A stretch of 64,000 nucleotides of DNA from an uncultured Candidatus Saccharibacteria bacterium (GCA_964605735.1 CAZSDS010000001.1:70771-134770), one strand, 5' to 3'; shown: positions 52,089 through 63,063, counted from the first letter of the stretch. Notes: a model not told the origin generated them from the letters alone. Numbers and translations are program-made.

Positions 52089-53405
52089 ATGAAAAAGTTT
52101 CTCCAAATTATCCTGGTTGCGTCAATTGCCGCAGGATCACTGTACCATCATCCGGCGCCGGCTTTGTCGCAGACAAAATCCGAACTACAGCAGGAACTTG
52201 ATGCTGTGGAGAAACTGATAAACCAATACGAGCAGGAGCTGGCTGAAACAAGAGAAGAAAAACAGACGCTGACCAGCAAGATCAACCAGCTTAAAAAAGA
52301 GCAAACCAAAATCCAGCTGCAAATCCGTTCAACAAGCCTGATGGTTACGGAACTTGAGGCAGGTATAGCCAAAACTGAACAGGATATAACTGCTGCTGCG
52401 GCGAAAATTGAAAGCCTGAAAAAATCTTCCGGTGAACTGCTTAAATCGCTTTATGTGGAAGGGCAGGCGAGCGCTGTTGAGCAGTTGCTTGTTGCTGAGA
52501 GTCTGACTCAGGCAGTGAATAACATGTCAGCAATGGAAAATTTGCTGGAAGAAGTGCATAAAACCGCGCACGAAATGCATATTGCGAAAATAGATTTGGA
52601 AGACAAGCAGGTGCTGATGGAACAACAGCAGGAAGAGGCCAGAAATTTATTGGCGGTGCAGGCTTTACAGGAACAAGAATTTCGGGCCCGTGTGAATGAA
52701 CAGAATGAAATCCTTTCAGTGACTGCTGGGGTGGAGTCCCAATACCAAACAATGCTGAGGGAATCCCAGAAACGGGCAGGTGAAATCAGGATGCGTTTGT
52801 ACGACACTGCCGGCGGATCAAACAAGCAGGTAACTTTCGGCGAAGCAGTGGAGATCGCCAAGTGGGCTTCCGCCCACACCGGCGTGCGACCGGCATTTTT
52901 GCTCGCCATCCTGACCCAGGAATCAAACTTGGGAAAGAATGTTGGAACATGCAACCGCGCAGGAGATCCAGAGTCAAAAAGCTGGAGAAACATCATGCAC
53001 CCTACCCGCGACCGTCCGGTGTATGAAGCAATCGTGACGGAGCTGGGCCTTGATCCGGACACTACGCCTTTGTCCTGTCCGATGTTCCAAAACGGGAAGC
53101 AGGTTGGATGGGGCGGAGCCATGGGTCCGGCACAGTTTATTCCGTCCACCTGGAAGGGGTATAAGGACAAAGTCAGTGCCATAACCGGCAAACCTGCCAA
53201 CCCTTGGGATATCCATGATGCTTTCCTGGCCGCAGCGGTTTTGCTTAAAGCCAACGGCGCAACCAGAGACGGCCGCCAGGGTGAATGGAACGCAGCCATG
53301 AGATATTTTTCAGGTTCAACCAACCCAAGATTCCGCTTTTACGGCGACAACGTCTTGAAAACAGCCGATAAATACCAGGCAGAATTGGATGCCATATCAA
53401 ATTAG
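52089..53405 (+). CDS. secreted coiled-coil protein with C-terminal MltB-type (SLT_2) lytic transglycosylase domain
   Basis: Signal peptide, then about 230 aa of heptad-rich coiled-coil. RPAFLLAILTQESNLG (catalytic Glu region) and GAMGPAQFIPSTW are family 3 LT signatures. Confidence 0.65.
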   Translation: MKKFLQIILVASIAAGSLYHHPAPALSQTKSELQQELDAVEKLINQYEQELAETREEKQTLTSKINQLKKEQTKIQLQIRSTSLMVTELEAGIAKTEQDITAAAAKIESLKKSSGELLKSLYVEGQASAVEQLLVAESLTQAVNNMSAMENLLEEVHKTAHEMHIAKIDLEDKQVLMEQQQEEARNLLAVQALQEQEFRARVNEQNEILSVTAGVESQYQTMLRESQKRAGEIRMRLYDTAGGSNKQVTFGEAVEIAKWASAHTGVRPAFLLAILTQESNLGKNVGTCNRAGDPESKSWRNIMHPTRDRPVYEAIVTELGLDPDTTPLSCPMFQNGKQVGWGGAMGPAQFIPSTWKGYKDKVSAITGKPANPWDIHDAFLAAAVLLKANGATRDGRQGEWNAAMRYFSGSTNPRFRFYGDNVLKTADKYQAELDAISN

Positions 53406-53458
53406 GTTTCAATCAACCGCCTTTACAAACAGGCGGTTTTTTGATAGAATCCTAACCT

Positions 53459-54376
53459 ATGGAATACATAATTTCAGTAAGAAACCTTACCAAAAAATAC
53501 GGTGATTTCACGGCCGTGGACCAAATTTCATTTGACGTCATTAAAGGTGAAATTTTTGGCATCCTGGGTCCTAACGGAGCGGGGAAAACAACCACTCTGG
53601 AGATGATTGAGGGTTTGAAGTCCATTACTGCCGGAGAAGTTATCCTAGACGGCACAAACGTGGCCTCTGATCCGCGTGCGGTTAAGTCAAAGATAGGAGT
53701 GCAGCTGCAATCTTCTTCTTTTTTTGATGGTTTGAATTTGAAAGAGCTTATAGAGACTTTTGCTTCACTGTACAACAGGGAAGTTGATGCCATGAAGCTC
53801 TTGGGCCAGGTGCAGTTGACTGAGAAGGCAAAAAACAAAGTAAAAGAATTGTCCGGTGGGCAGAAACAGAGATTATCGATTGCCGTGGCTTTAGTTAATG
53901 ACCCAAAAGTTTTGTTTTTGGATGAGCCGACAACCGGACTTGATCCTCAGGCGCGCAGAAATCTTTGGGAGCTTATCAGGCAAATCAACAAGCAGGGGAA
54001 AACTATCGTCCTCACCACGCACTACATGGATGAGGCTGAGATCCTCTGCGATCGAATTGCCGTCATGGACCATTCCAGAATTGTCGCCCTGGACACTACA
54101 GAGAATTTGCTTAAAAAGTCAGGAGTTTCATCTGCGATAAGTTTCAGGGCCAGTAAGCCTCTGGATATGGTGTACTTGAAGACATTGCCGGGAGTGGATA
54201 AGGTTTCTGAAACGAACGGCTTATACAGGCTTTATGTCAGCAATGCACAAACTGCCTTGCCGGCTTTATTGCAACGGGCATCTGAGCACTACTCAGAGAT
54301 AAGGGATTTAAAACTGAGCCAGCCAACCCTTGAAGACGTGTTTTTGTCATTCACAGGCCATGCCCTGAGGGATTAA
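53459..54376 (+). CDS. ABC transporter ATP-binding protein
   Basis: Walker A GPNGAGKTT, signature LSGGQKQR, Walker B VLFLDEPTTGLD. Confidence 0.85.
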   Translation: MEYIISVRNLTKKYGDFTAVDQISFDVIKGEIFGILGPNGAGKTTTLEMIEGLKSITAGEVILDGTNVASDPRAVKSKIGVQLQSSSFFDGLNLKELIETFASLYNREVDAMKLLGQVQLTEKAKNKVKELSGGQKQRLSIAVALVNDPKVLFLDEPTTGLDPQARRNLWELIRQINKQGKTIVLTTHYMDEAEILCDRIAVMDHSRIVALDTTENLLKKSGVSSAISFRASKPLDMVYLKTLPGVDKVSETNGLYRLYVSNAQTALPALLQRASEHYSEIRDLKLSQPTLEDVFLSFTGHALRD

Positions 54377-54380
54377 AGAT

Positions 54381-55478
54381 ATGAAAACGATACTTACACT
54401 GACATGGTCGTCCATAAAAATGTTCGTGAGGAACAAACAGGCTTTGTTTTTCACCCTGTTCAGCCCGATCATCATTATGACGATTTTCGGCTTGCTTGCA
54501 TTTGACCGCATTCCGAAAGTTTCTCTAGGAGTGGCCGTAACTGCCCCACCCAACGCCGCAACTCAGGCGTTTCTTGACCAGTTGAAAAATGTTCCGGCTT
54601 TTGAGGTTGAGCTTGGCACTGAGCCTGATGAAAGAAAAGAGCTTGAAGAAGGAAACAGGAGCGCAGTATTGATTATTCCGGGAGATTTTTTCCCTGAAGG
54701 TCCGCGAACCGAACCAAGCACAATGAAGCTTTTAAAGAACGCTAGCGACGCTCAACAGGCAGCCACCGCGGAATCAATCATCAATCAAATTTTGGACAAA
54801 ACCACGTTAAGCCTGGTTGATGCCCCGCAGTTATTCGCTGTACAAACAGAAGAAATCAATTCCAGGAACCTGAAATATATTGATTTTCTTGTGCCCGGCA
54901 TAGTTGCTTTATCTATTATGCAGATGTCGGTATTTTCCGTGGCTTTTGTTTTTGCTGACTTCAAAGAAAAGGGAATTTTGAAACGGTTGCTGGCCACGCC
55001 AATGAAGCCGCATGAATTTGTGACTGCGAATGTGGCAACAAGATTGATCATTTCTGTTTTGCAGGGAGCTTTCCTGATTGCTGTAGGCGTTTTGATTTTC
55101 AAAGCCCAGGTGATCGGTTCATATTTCCTGGTGTTGCCGATTATCATCCTAGGAGCAATCATGTTCCTTGGTCTGGGTTTTACCATTTCCGGTTTTGCCA
55201 ACACAGTGGAAACAGTGCCAGCTCTGGCTAACTTGATTGTGTTCCCGATGCTGTTTTTGGGAGGCACTTTCTTCCCAATTGAAACCATGCCGGAATGGCT
55301 CCAGCATGTTGCCGGTTATCTGCCATTAACATATCTTTCAAACTCGCTGCGTGAAGTCATGATCAACGGCGCATCTTTGGGCGACGTGCAGTCGGATCTG
55401 TTCTGGATGATTGGCTGGTCAATAGCCCTGATAGTGGCCGCAAATTTCACCTTCCAAATGGAAGAAAAACGCCAATAA
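54381..55478 (+). CDS. ABC-2 type transporter permease
   Basis: 6 TM helices with a large N-terminal loop. Adjacent to the ABC ATPase. Confidence 0.75.
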   Translation: MKTILTLTWSSIKMFVRNKQALFFTLFSPIIIMTIFGLLAFDRIPKVSLGVAVTAPPNAATQAFLDQLKNVPAFEVELGTEPDERKELEEGNRSAVLIIPGDFFPEGPRTEPSTMKLLKNASDAQQAATAESIINQILDKTTLSLVDAPQLFAVQTEEINSRNLKYIDFLVPGIVALSIMQMSVFSVAFVFADFKEKGILKRLLATPMKPHEFVTANVATRLIISVLQGAFLIAVGVLIFKAQVIGSYFLVLPIIILGAIMFLGLGFTISGFANTVETVPALANLIVFPMLFLGGTFFPIETMPEWLQHVAGYLPLTYLSNSLREVMINGASLGDVQSDLFWMIGWSIALIVAANFTFQMEEKRQ

Positions 55479-55549
55479 TTCCAAACCGCCCGAAACGGGC
55501 GGTTTTTTTGTTTTTGCTGATTGTTTTATGGTATAATTAAGCAATAACT

Positions 55550-57010
55550 ATGCTGCATATTGGACGAAACGTAATCAGTTTGGTTCTCTCACGGGTGCTC
55601 TCCGGAGTAGTCCTGTTTTTAATTTATACCCAGTTGCTTCAGTACCTCGGGCCGGAAGCGGCGGGGCATTTTGGGTTGCTGTCTTCTTATCTCACAGTTT
55701 TTGCGTTCTTTGTAGACTTGGGCATGTCTCATCTGGTCATCAAAAAGATGAGCGAAGACTCGACCCACATCAGCAAATATCTTACAAATTATTTTTTGGT
55801 GCAGTTCCTGCTCGGTTTGTTTTTCATGTTGGTTATGGATGGCTTTGTCCTGTTTGCCGACTATCCAGCCCATGTTAAAAGCGCATTGTATGTGACAGGT
55901 TTTGGTTTGTTGCTCAGTTCTTTGAGTCTGCCGTTTAGGGCAGTTATCGTGGCCAAGCAAAAATTGACCATAAATGCACAGGTAAATTTTTTCAACGCTT
56001 TCATCAACTCGGCAATCATGCTGTTAGCTATTGCCCTGGAGCAAGGAGTTTTCTTTCTGGCGTTCATCAGCGTCACTGTCAGCGTTTTTGATCTGATTGT
56101 TTACGGGTATATAGTTAACAAAAGGTTTGCCAGGTTTACCCTTGATTTCGATAAAACTTTTATAAAACAGCTGTTTATCATGAACCTGCCGTTCATGGGA
56201 CTCACGCTGTTTAGCGTGTACAACCGAATTGACGGTTTGATGCTCCCGCATTTCAGAAGTTTCGTGGAAACAGGGTATTATGCCGCGGCTTATAAGTTCT
56301 GGGATACGCTGGCATTTTTCCCCGGAATACTCGGCATCAGCCTTTATCCGTTTTTTGCGCAAATGCTCAGCCTCGGGAAGAGAGACGAAGTCCGCAGTGG
56401 TTTAGAGACTTATACCAGATACATGATTGCCATTGGCGTGCCCATGTCAGTGGGAGCTTTCCTGCTGGCGGAACCGATTACGGTTCAGTTCTTCGGTAAT
56501 GAATTCTTGCCGGCTGCTCCAGCGCTTTGGATTTTGGTCGTCGCAGTTTCTATCCTGTTCATTTATACTCCCGCAAACAGCTTGATTATTTCCCAGGCAA
56601 CCAAGTCGGCAACAAAGGTCACTGGATTTACTTTTTTCTTTAATTTCATTACCAACCTTATTTTCATCCCGAGATTCGGTTTTGTTGCGGCAGCTGTAAC
56701 CACCGCCTTAAGCGAGATGATCCAAACATTAGGTTATGCATATTTCATCAAAAAGCAGATCGTCAACTATCATTTTTTCAGGCACTTTATAAAACCAATA
56801 ATTGCAGTTTTGCCGATGGCAGCGGTGATTTTCGTTTTGCGCGACCATAATTTGGTGGCTGTGATTGCGCTTGGCGCGCTGATTTATGCTGTCTCACTTT
56901 TGATTTTCCGATTTTTCCACAAATCAGATTGGGTGCTTTTCAAAGCAGCAATTAATATCCGGCAATCAGTCAATCCGGATGATTCCGTAAACACGACAAC
57001 ACAACCATGA
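55550..57010 (+). CDS. polysaccharide biosynthesis protein / Wzx-like flippase (MOP superfamily)
   Basis: 486 aa, about 14 TM helices, with glycine-rich loops characteristic of PST-family flippases. A TGgTATAAT extended -10 lies about 20 nt upstream. Confidence 0.65.
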   Translation: MLHIGRNVISLVLSRVLSGVVLFLIYTQLLQYLGPEAAGHFGLLSSYLTVFAFFVDLGMSHLVIKKMSEDSTHISKYLTNYFLVQFLLGLFFMLVMDGFVLFADYPAHVKSALYVTGFGLLLSSLSLPFRAVIVAKQKLTINAQVNFFNAFINSAIMLLAIALEQGVFFLAFISVTVSVFDLIVYGYIVNKRFARFTLDFDKTFIKQLFIMNLPFMGLTLFSVYNRIDGLMLPHFRSFVETGYYAAAYKFWDTLAFFPGILGISLYPFFAQMLSLGKRDEVRSGLETYTRYMIAIGVPMSVGAFLLAEPITVQFFGNEFLPAAPALWILVVAVSILFIYTPANSLIISQATKSATKVTGFTFFFNFITNLIFIPRFGFVAAAVTTALSEMIQTLGYAYFIKKQIVNYHFFRHFIKPIIAVLPMAAVIFVLRDHNLVAVIALGALIYAVSLLIFRFFHKSDWVLFKAAINIRQSVNPDDSVNTTTQP

Positions 57011-58122
57011 AAATAGGAATTGAAGCGGAGCGGGCGAATTTGGCCCACCCAACTGGCGTAGAAAGATACGCCGCCGAGTTGATCAGGCATTTGGCGAGAA
57101 TCGACCACACAAACGAATATATTCTGTATTTCAGGACTGAACCTCAGGAATGGTTCAGGCAACTGCCGCCGAACTTCAAGATCAAGGTGATCCCATTCCC
57201 AAAATTCTGGACCCAGATCAGAATCTCCTGGGAAATGTATCGGCATCCAGTGGATGTTCTGATGATTTTGGCGTCGGCATTGCCCCTGTACCATCCCAAG
57301 AATACAATCGTAACCGTGCACGACATTGCGTTTGAACTTTATCCGGAATTGTTTACCTGGTTTAACCGCACCTATCTTAAATTTTTCAGCAGATACGTGA
57401 CCCGAGTTGCAACCAAAATTGTGACCGTATCCGAAGCCACCAAAAAAGATCTGGTTAAACACTACGGCGCGAACCCAGACAAAATTAACGTTATTTACCT
57501 TGGTTACGACAGCCATGTTTACAAACCTTTGATGTATGAACAGGTGCAAGGTGTCCTGGATGAGTATGGGCTCAGTTACAAAAAATATTTAATGTTCGTT
57601 GGCACCCTTCAGCCGCGGAAGAACATAATCAGGCTGGTCCAGGCCTATGAAAAGATCGCGTCCAGGCATCACATAGAAGAAAAGTTAGTCATAGTGGGAA
57701 AGAAGGGGTGGATGTGGGGGCCGATTCTCAAGGAGATTGAAACTTCGGAGTGCAAAGAACGGATCAAGGTTCTGGATTATGCGCCTGAAGAACATTTGCC
57801 GGCTCTGTACAACGGAGCATCCCTCCTGACGCTTCCTTCCATGTATGAGGGATTTGGTATTCCGCCTTTGGAGGCAATGGCTTGCGGAACACCGGTGGTG
57901 GTTTCAAACATTTCGTCGTTGCCTGAAGTGGTTGGTGAAGCTGGAGAACTGGTTGACCCCAACAGCGTGGATTCCATTGCTGATGGTTTACTAAGGGTTT
58001 TGACGGATAGAAAACTCCAGGAAGGATTGTCACAACTGGGAAGAAATAGGGCGAAACAATTCAGCTGGGAAACTTGCGCCCGCAAAACATTGAAACTTAT
58101 TGAAAGCCTTGAAGAAAAATAA
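57007..58122 (+). CDS. GT4 (group 1) glycosyltransferase
   Basis: C-terminal GT-B donor-binding [18 protein letters not shown]. Confidence 0.8.
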   Translation: MKIGIEAERANLAHPTGVERYAAELIRHLARIDHTNEYILYFRTEPQEWFRQLPPNFKIKVIPFPKFWTQIRISWEMYRHPVDVLMILASALPLYHPKNTIVTVHDIAFELYPELFTWFNRTYLKFFSRYVTRVATKIVTVSEATKKDLVKHYGANPDKINVIYLGYDSHVYKPLMYEQVQGVLDEYGLSYKKYLMFVGTLQPRKNIIRLVQAYEKIASRHHIEEKLVIVGKKGWMWGPILKEIETSECKERIKVLDYAPEEHLPALYNGASLLTLPSMYEGFGIPPLEAMACGTPVVVSNISSLPEVVGEAGELVDPNSVDSIADGLLRVLTDRKLQEGLSQLGRNRAKQFSWETCARKTLKLIESLEEK

Positions 58123-59396
58123 TGAACATTTTCATTTTTGCAATACTATCAATATGCGCGGCAGGTTTGTTTGTTTTATTCCTGCGCGGAAAATACAAAT
58201 TATCGCCACTCTGGCTGATGTTATCTGCATGGGCAGTCGCGCTTGGCGTTCCACAGCTCAACCTCTCTGACATTGAACAACCCTGGACTTCAGAATTCTG
58301 GTGGCTGGTCATAGCCTCGCTGATCAGTTTTGTTTTGGGGTTTTTTGCATTTAACTGGCTGTCAGGGAAGCTTCGTCCTTGGAACTGGTTTGCTTTGCTG
58401 AAGCGGGACGCATTTTCGCCCAAACTCTTAAGATTATCCGTTTATCTGCTTGCTGGTTTGTCCGTGGTGGGTCTGGTAATGTTTTACCAAAAAGCCGGGA
58501 ATTTTCCGCTGACCTCGCCTGATCCGGACGTTTTCCGGTTCGAAGCTGATGAACAGGTTCCCGGTCTGATAAATTATCTTGCGCAGTTGGCCCGCATTTT
58601 CATCCCGCTTTCATTTTTCCTGATGTTTTGGGAAGGATTCAGTTTTAAAAAACATTGGGATCTGGTTGCGCTTTGCCTGCTTGGGATAACAGCAATCATT
58701 CTGTTTGCATCTCGAACCCAAATTTTCTTTGTGGATCTTTGGGTAATGGCGTTATATCTTTTTATCAGGAAACCTAACTGGGTGCAGGCGCTGAAATTTT
58801 ATCCGTTCTTTTTGATTCTTTCTGTGGCTGTGCTTGCAGCGGTTCCGCTGATCAGGCAGGCTAAAAGCTATGGCGATTCCTATCTGGCGGACGTCACTGC
58901 CATCGACACAGCGGGTTTTGCTCCTGGCGGCAAATATCTTTTGCCGATATACGTAGGCATATCGTTTAATATGCAAGCCTTGCTTCACGCCCAGCAGTAT
59001 TACGAAACTCACGACATTCAGCTGGGAAAAGTTTCGCTTGATCCATTTACGAATATTGTTGGGTTGGACCAATTCGGCTCCAGTTTTGATTTGTGTGACA
59101 TATTCCAGTGCTGGTGGAATACAGGCACATACCTGTTCCCATTTGTGCAGGACTTTGGGGATCTTGCATTCTTTATAACCCCCTTTGTCATAGCTGGCGT
59201 ATTGGTTTTCCTTTGGAGGTACTGGCAAGAGCAGCCGAATTTTCTTTCCATCAACCTCTACGCATACGCCTGTTTCTTCATGGTCATGACAATATATTTG
59301 TCTTTCACGGTCAGGGCGGAAATGTATATTGACTTGTTTCTGTTGGCTGTAATTTATCTGGCAATCACATCAAAACGCTATGCTGAAATCGCCTAA
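58122..59396 (+). CDS. O-antigen/oligosaccharide repeat-unit polymerase-like membrane protein (Wzy-like)
   Basis: 424 aa, about 11 TM helices with a large periplasmic loop. In a glycan-biosynthesis gene context. Confidence 0.45.
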   Translation: MNIFIFAILSICAAGLFVLFLRGKYKLSPLWLMLSAWAVALGVPQLNLSDIEQPWTSEFWWLVIASLISFVLGFFAFNWLSGKLRPWNWFALLKRDAFSPKLLRLSVYLLAGLSVVGLVMFYQKAGNFPLTSPDPDVFRFEADEQVPGLINYLAQLARIFIPLSFFLMFWEGFSFKKHWDLVALCLLGITAIILFASRTQIFFVDLWVMALYLFIRKPNWVQALKFYPFFLILSVAVLAAVPLIRQAKSYGDSYLADVTAIDTAGFAPGGKYLLPIYVGISFNMQALLHAQQYYETHDIQLGKVSLDPFTNIVGLDQFGSSFDLCDIFQCWWNTGTYLFPFVQDFGDLAFFITPFVIAGVLVFLWRYWQEQPNFLSINLYAYACFFMVMTIYLSFTVRAEMYIDLFLLAVIYLAITSKRYAEIA

Positions 59397-59862
59397 GGTT
59401 AAGTTTGAAAAGTTATGGCGGGAGAGTTATCTGGCCATGATCAAGAACAGTGTTGGGACAAAAATGTTCAGGACTTTTTACGTGGTAAAAAATGGCAAGC
59501 CGTTTGATGTTACCAATCGCGGCGAGTTGTCTTGCGCCATTTTTGCTTCCACGGTCCTGTATCAGTTCAAGCTGACTCCCAGGCAGCGTTTTACTGTGGC
59601 AAGCGCGGTCAAGGATTTGACCAAGGCTGGCGCAAAAAAAGTTACATTGAAGCAGGTCCAGCCTGGCGACGTTCTGATTTGGGAGCCGCTGGAGAAAACA
59701 GATCCCCACAATCACATTGGATTCTATCTTGGAAACAGGAAAGCCATAAGCAACAGCAAAAATAAGGGTATGATTGTGGAACACGATTATTTATACAACG
59801 GCAAAAGAAAAATTGAGCTGGTTTTAAGACCGAATTGGAAGAGGATTTATGCCAAAGGTTAG
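59380..59862 (+). CDS. hypothetical protein with NlpC/P60-like Cys…His arrangement
   Basis: GELSCAIFAS (candidate Cys) … QPGDVLIW … HNHIGFYLGN (candidate His). No signal peptide. Weak call. Confidence 0.3.
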   Translation: MLKSPKVKFEKLWRESYLAMIKNSVGTKMFRTFYVVKNGKPFDVTNRGELSCAIFASTVLYQFKLTPRQRFTVASAVKDLTKAGAKKVTLKQVQPGDVLIWEPLEKTDPHNHIGFYLGNRKAISNSKNKGMIVEHDYLYNGKRKIELVLRPNWKRIYAKG

Positions 59863-60820
59863 CGTTATTGTTGTTTTATGGAACAGCAAAAAATTTATCC
59901 AGCCGGTATTCCAGGCATTGTCGCGGCTAACATATCCTGAACTTGAGATAATTGCCGTTATTAATGCGGACGACGGGTCAAAAGCTTTATTGGAAAATAA
60001 TTTCCCAAAGGTCCGCATAATTGATCCAGGGAGAAATTTAGGTTTTGCCGGCGGAAATAATCTGGCAATAAAACAAAGCACAGGGGAGTTTATCCAGCTG
60101 GTCAATCCGGATTTGATAGTTGAGCCGGATTATGTTGAACGGATGCTGGAGGTTTTCAGCGACCAAAATGTGGCTGCGGCAACCGGCAAACTGCTCAGAT
60201 ATGATTTTGAGAGAAACGTAAAGACGAATATTATCGATTCCACCGGCGTGGTGATAAGCCCAAGTGGACGGGCAAAGGATAGAGGGCAATTGCAGGAAGA
60301 TAACGGCCAGTTTGACGCCCACCATGATGTGTTTGGTGTTTCAGGCGCAGGTCCAATGTACAGAAGGTCGGCCCTGGAAAAAGCCAAGTATTGCGAAAAC
60401 GGAAGTTGCGAATATTTTGACGAAAGCTTTGGCAGTTATTGGGAGGATGTGGATTTATCCTGGCGGCTGAATAATTTAGGTTTTAAGAATGTTTACGTGC
60501 CGGCAGCTGTTGCTTACCACGGCCGATCCGCAGGCCAGTCCAAGGGTGGTTACCTGCACGTTTTGCATTTCATTTCTCACCATAGAAAACTTTCCCCGCT
60601 GGTCCGCAAACTCAATTACAAAAACCACATTTTAATGTATTTGAAAAACGCGAAATTTATCCACCCAATGTTCGTCTTGCGTGAAATTTTTATGTTCGTC
60701 TATGTGGTTGTTTTCGAAACCAGTACGCTTAAGGTTTTGCCTGAACTGTTCAGACAAACCCCGGGAATTTTAAGGAAAAGGTCTGCAATCAAAAGCGCTA
60801 TGATTAAACAGAACGTCTAA
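59849..60820 (+). CDS. GT2 glycosyltransferase
   Basis: VSVIVVLWNS…, DDGS, and the DxD-type VNPD motif. Confidence 0.75.
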   Translation: MPKVSVIVVLWNSKKFIQPVFQALSRLTYPELEIIAVINADDGSKALLENNFPKVRIIDPGRNLGFAGGNNLAIKQSTGEFIQLVNPDLIVEPDYVERMLEVFSDQNVAAATGKLLRYDFERNVKTNIIDSTGVVISPSGRAKDRGQLQEDNGQFDAHHDVFGVSGAGPMYRRSALEKAKYCENGSCEYFDESFGSYWEDVDLSWRLNNLGFKNVYVPAAVAYHGRSAGQSKGGYLHVLHFISHHRKLSPLVRKLNYKNHILMYLKNAKFIHPMFVLREIFMFVYVVVFETSTLKVLPELFRQTPGILRKRSAIKSAMIKQNV

Positions 60821-60830
60821 TAGCACAAAC

Positions 60831-61682
60831 ATGGATTTATCAGTCATCATTTTAAGCTACAATACAAGACAATTGTTAAAAAATTGCCTTGCTTCTGTAG
60901 TGGCTTTCACTGGGTCTTATAAAATTGAAGTTTTGGTGTCAGACAATGGCTCAACAGACGGGAGTTTGGAAATGGTCAGGCAGGAGTTTCCGCAAGCTAA
61001 GCTCATTGAAAACGGGGAGAACCTGGGTTTTTCCAAGGGCAACAATGTAGCCATTAAGCAGGCGCTTGGCCGCCATATCCTGCTTTTGAATTCTGATACC
61101 ATTGTCGAGCCGGGTGCTTTTGAAAAAATGATTTCAAAAGCCGACTCTGATCCCGGCATTGGAGCCTTGGGCCCGAAAGTGCTTTTGCCTAATGGCCAAC
61201 TTGATCCAGCCTCCAGACGAAATTTTCCAAATCCGGCAAACGCGTTCCTGAGATTATTCGGCCTGCGAAAGTTAAGCAACTACAATATCACCGGTCCCAT
61301 TGACCAGGAAATGGATGTTGAAGCGCTGACTGGTGCATGTATGCTGGTGCCCAAGACAGTCATAGACAAAGTAGGTATGCTGGATGAAGACTTCTTCTTT
61401 TACGGAGAGGATCTGGATTGGTGTTACCGCATTAAGAATGCCGGTTATAAGATTTTATACTACCCAAGCGCCCAGATAACCCATTTAAAGTACGGTTCAT
61501 CCAGGCAAATACCTTTCAGGATTGTGAAGGTTGCATACACTGCCATGCACTTGTTTTACAAAAAACATTATGCGCCAAAGTATCCGGCAGTGTTCAACTG
61601 GCTGGTTTACTCAGGCATTACCCTCAGAATGTATCTGGTAATGCTTTTTAACCTGTTCAGGAAGAAAAAGTCCGTTCACTAA
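60831..61682 (+). CDS. GT2 glycosyltransferase
   Basis: LSVIILSYNT…VSDNGSTDGS…LLNSD. A paralogous fold to the previous gene. Confidence 0.75.
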   Translation: MDLSVIILSYNTRQLLKNCLASVVAFTGSYKIEVLVSDNGSTDGSLEMVRQEFPQAKLIENGENLGFSKGNNVAIKQALGRHILLLNSDTIVEPGAFEKMISKADSDPGIGALGPKVLLPNGQLDPASRRNFPNPANAFLRLFGLRKLSNYNITGPIDQEMDVEALTGACMLVPKTVIDKVGMLDEDFFFYGEDLDWCYRIKNAGYKILYYPSAQITHLKYGSSRQIPFRIVKVAYTAMHLFYKKHYAPKYPAVFNWLVYSGITLRMYLVMLFNLFRKKKSVH

Positions 61683-61727
61683 CCTTAACAAATTTACAAG
61701 GCCAAAAGGGCATGGTAAAGTTAATTT

Positions 61728-62996
61728 ATGGAAAATAACAATTTGTTCGATCAAAATCAGTCAAAGGATGACACTGTTGGCCGATCCAACAATCCCATCG
61801 GTCCTTTGAGAAGTTGGATAGCGGGAGGCATTGCCGCAGTGCTTATATTCAGCCTGGGCTTCTTTGCCGCAGGCGGCAGCATTACTGTAGCAGACGGGAA
61901 GCTTCAGACGAACCGCGCCAGCGACCGCCAGAAATCAGCCGACTATAACCTGTTTTGGGATACTTACGAACTGCTTAAATCCAGATATGTAGATAAGGAT
62001 CATCTTGATGAACAAGCCCTGCTTTACGGAGCAATTTCCGGAATGGTTTCCGCGGCTGGTGATCCTTACACGGTATTCTTTGACCCTGAAGAGGCTAAAC
62101 AGTTTGCCGAAGAACTGCAGGGGAGCTTTGAGGGCATTGGTGCGGAAATTGGCATAAAGAATGAACAGATGGTAATTATTGCGCCTTTGGATGATACGCC
62201 TGCCCAGCGTGCAGGGCTTTTGCCGGGTGATGCTATTCTTGCCGTTAACGGCGAAACAACCAGCGGCATGACAGTTGACCAGGCGGTTAGTAAAATCCGC
62301 GGCAAGGGCGGCACAGAAGTTAAACTGCTTATTCTCCACGAAGGCCGAACTGAACCACAGGAAGTCAGCATTATTCGCGCCCGTATAGAAATTAAGAGTG
62401 TCTCGTATGAAACCAAAGAAGTTGAAGGCAAGAGAATCGGCGTGATAAAGTTGCGCAGATTTGGAGAAGACACAAAAGGCCTGCTCGACCAGGCAATTGA
62501 TAGTGCACTGCAAAGCGGGGTAAAGGGGGTTGTCCTTGATTTGCGCAGTAATCCAGGAGGCTATCTGGACACAGCAGTAACCACAGCATCAAACTGGGTG
62601 GACAGCGGGCAAGTGGTGCTTCGCGAACGTTCATACGACGGACAGGTGAAAGAGTATACTTCCGAAACCTGGCCAAGATTAAAGGGGCTAAAGACCATTG
62701 TGCTGGTTAATGGTGGATCAGCCTCTGCTTCTGAAATTGTTGCCGGAGCTTTGCAGGACCATGGTTTGGCAACTTTGGTGGGCGAAAAGACTTTTGGCAA
62801 AGGTTCGGTGCAGGAATTGAAAGACCTTAGGGACGATTCCACAATCAAAATTACGACAGCAAAATGGTTTACTCCGCAGGACCGTAGTATTGATAAGAAT
62901 GGCTTGGAACCGGACATTGTGGTGGAAATGACCAGGGAAGATGTGGAAGCTGACCGCGACCCACAAATGGACAAAGCCCTCGAGCTGTTAAAATAA
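61728..62996 (+). CDS. ctpA: C-terminal processing peptidase (S41)
   Basis: TM helix. PDZ GLLPGDAILAVNGE. S41 catalytic region VVLDLRSNPGGYLD and VLVNGGSASASEIVAGALQD. Confidence 0.85.
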   Translation: MENNNLFDQNQSKDDTVGRSNNPIGPLRSWIAGGIAAVLIFSLGFFAAGGSITVADGKLQTNRASDRQKSADYNLFWDTYELLKSRYVDKDHLDEQALLYGAISGMVSAAGDPYTVFFDPEEAKQFAEELQGSFEGIGAEIGIKNEQMVIIAPLDDTPAQRAGLLPGDAILAVNGETTSGMTVDQAVSKIRGKGGTEVKLLILHEGRTEPQEVSIIRARIEIKSVSYETKEVEGKRIGVIKLRRFGEDTKGLLDQAIDSALQSGVKGVVLDLRSNPGGYLDTAVTTASNWVDSGQVVLRERSYDGQVKEYTSETWPRLKGLKTIVLVNGGSASASEIVAGALQDHGLATLVGEKTFGKGSVQELKDLRDDSTIKITTAKWFTPQDRSIDKNGLEPDIVVEMTREDVEADRDPQMDKALELLK

Positions 62997-63007
62997 ATTC
63001 ACAAAAA

Positions 63008-63045
63008 AAGACCCAAGTATAAAACCTTGGGTCTTTAAATTTTTA
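63008..63045 (+). terminator. Rho-independent terminator
   Basis: AAGACCCAAG/CTTGGGTCTT 10-bp stem and a T-rich tail. Confidence 0.7.
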
Positions 63046-63063
63046 GGCAAAAAAAGAAAGTGC

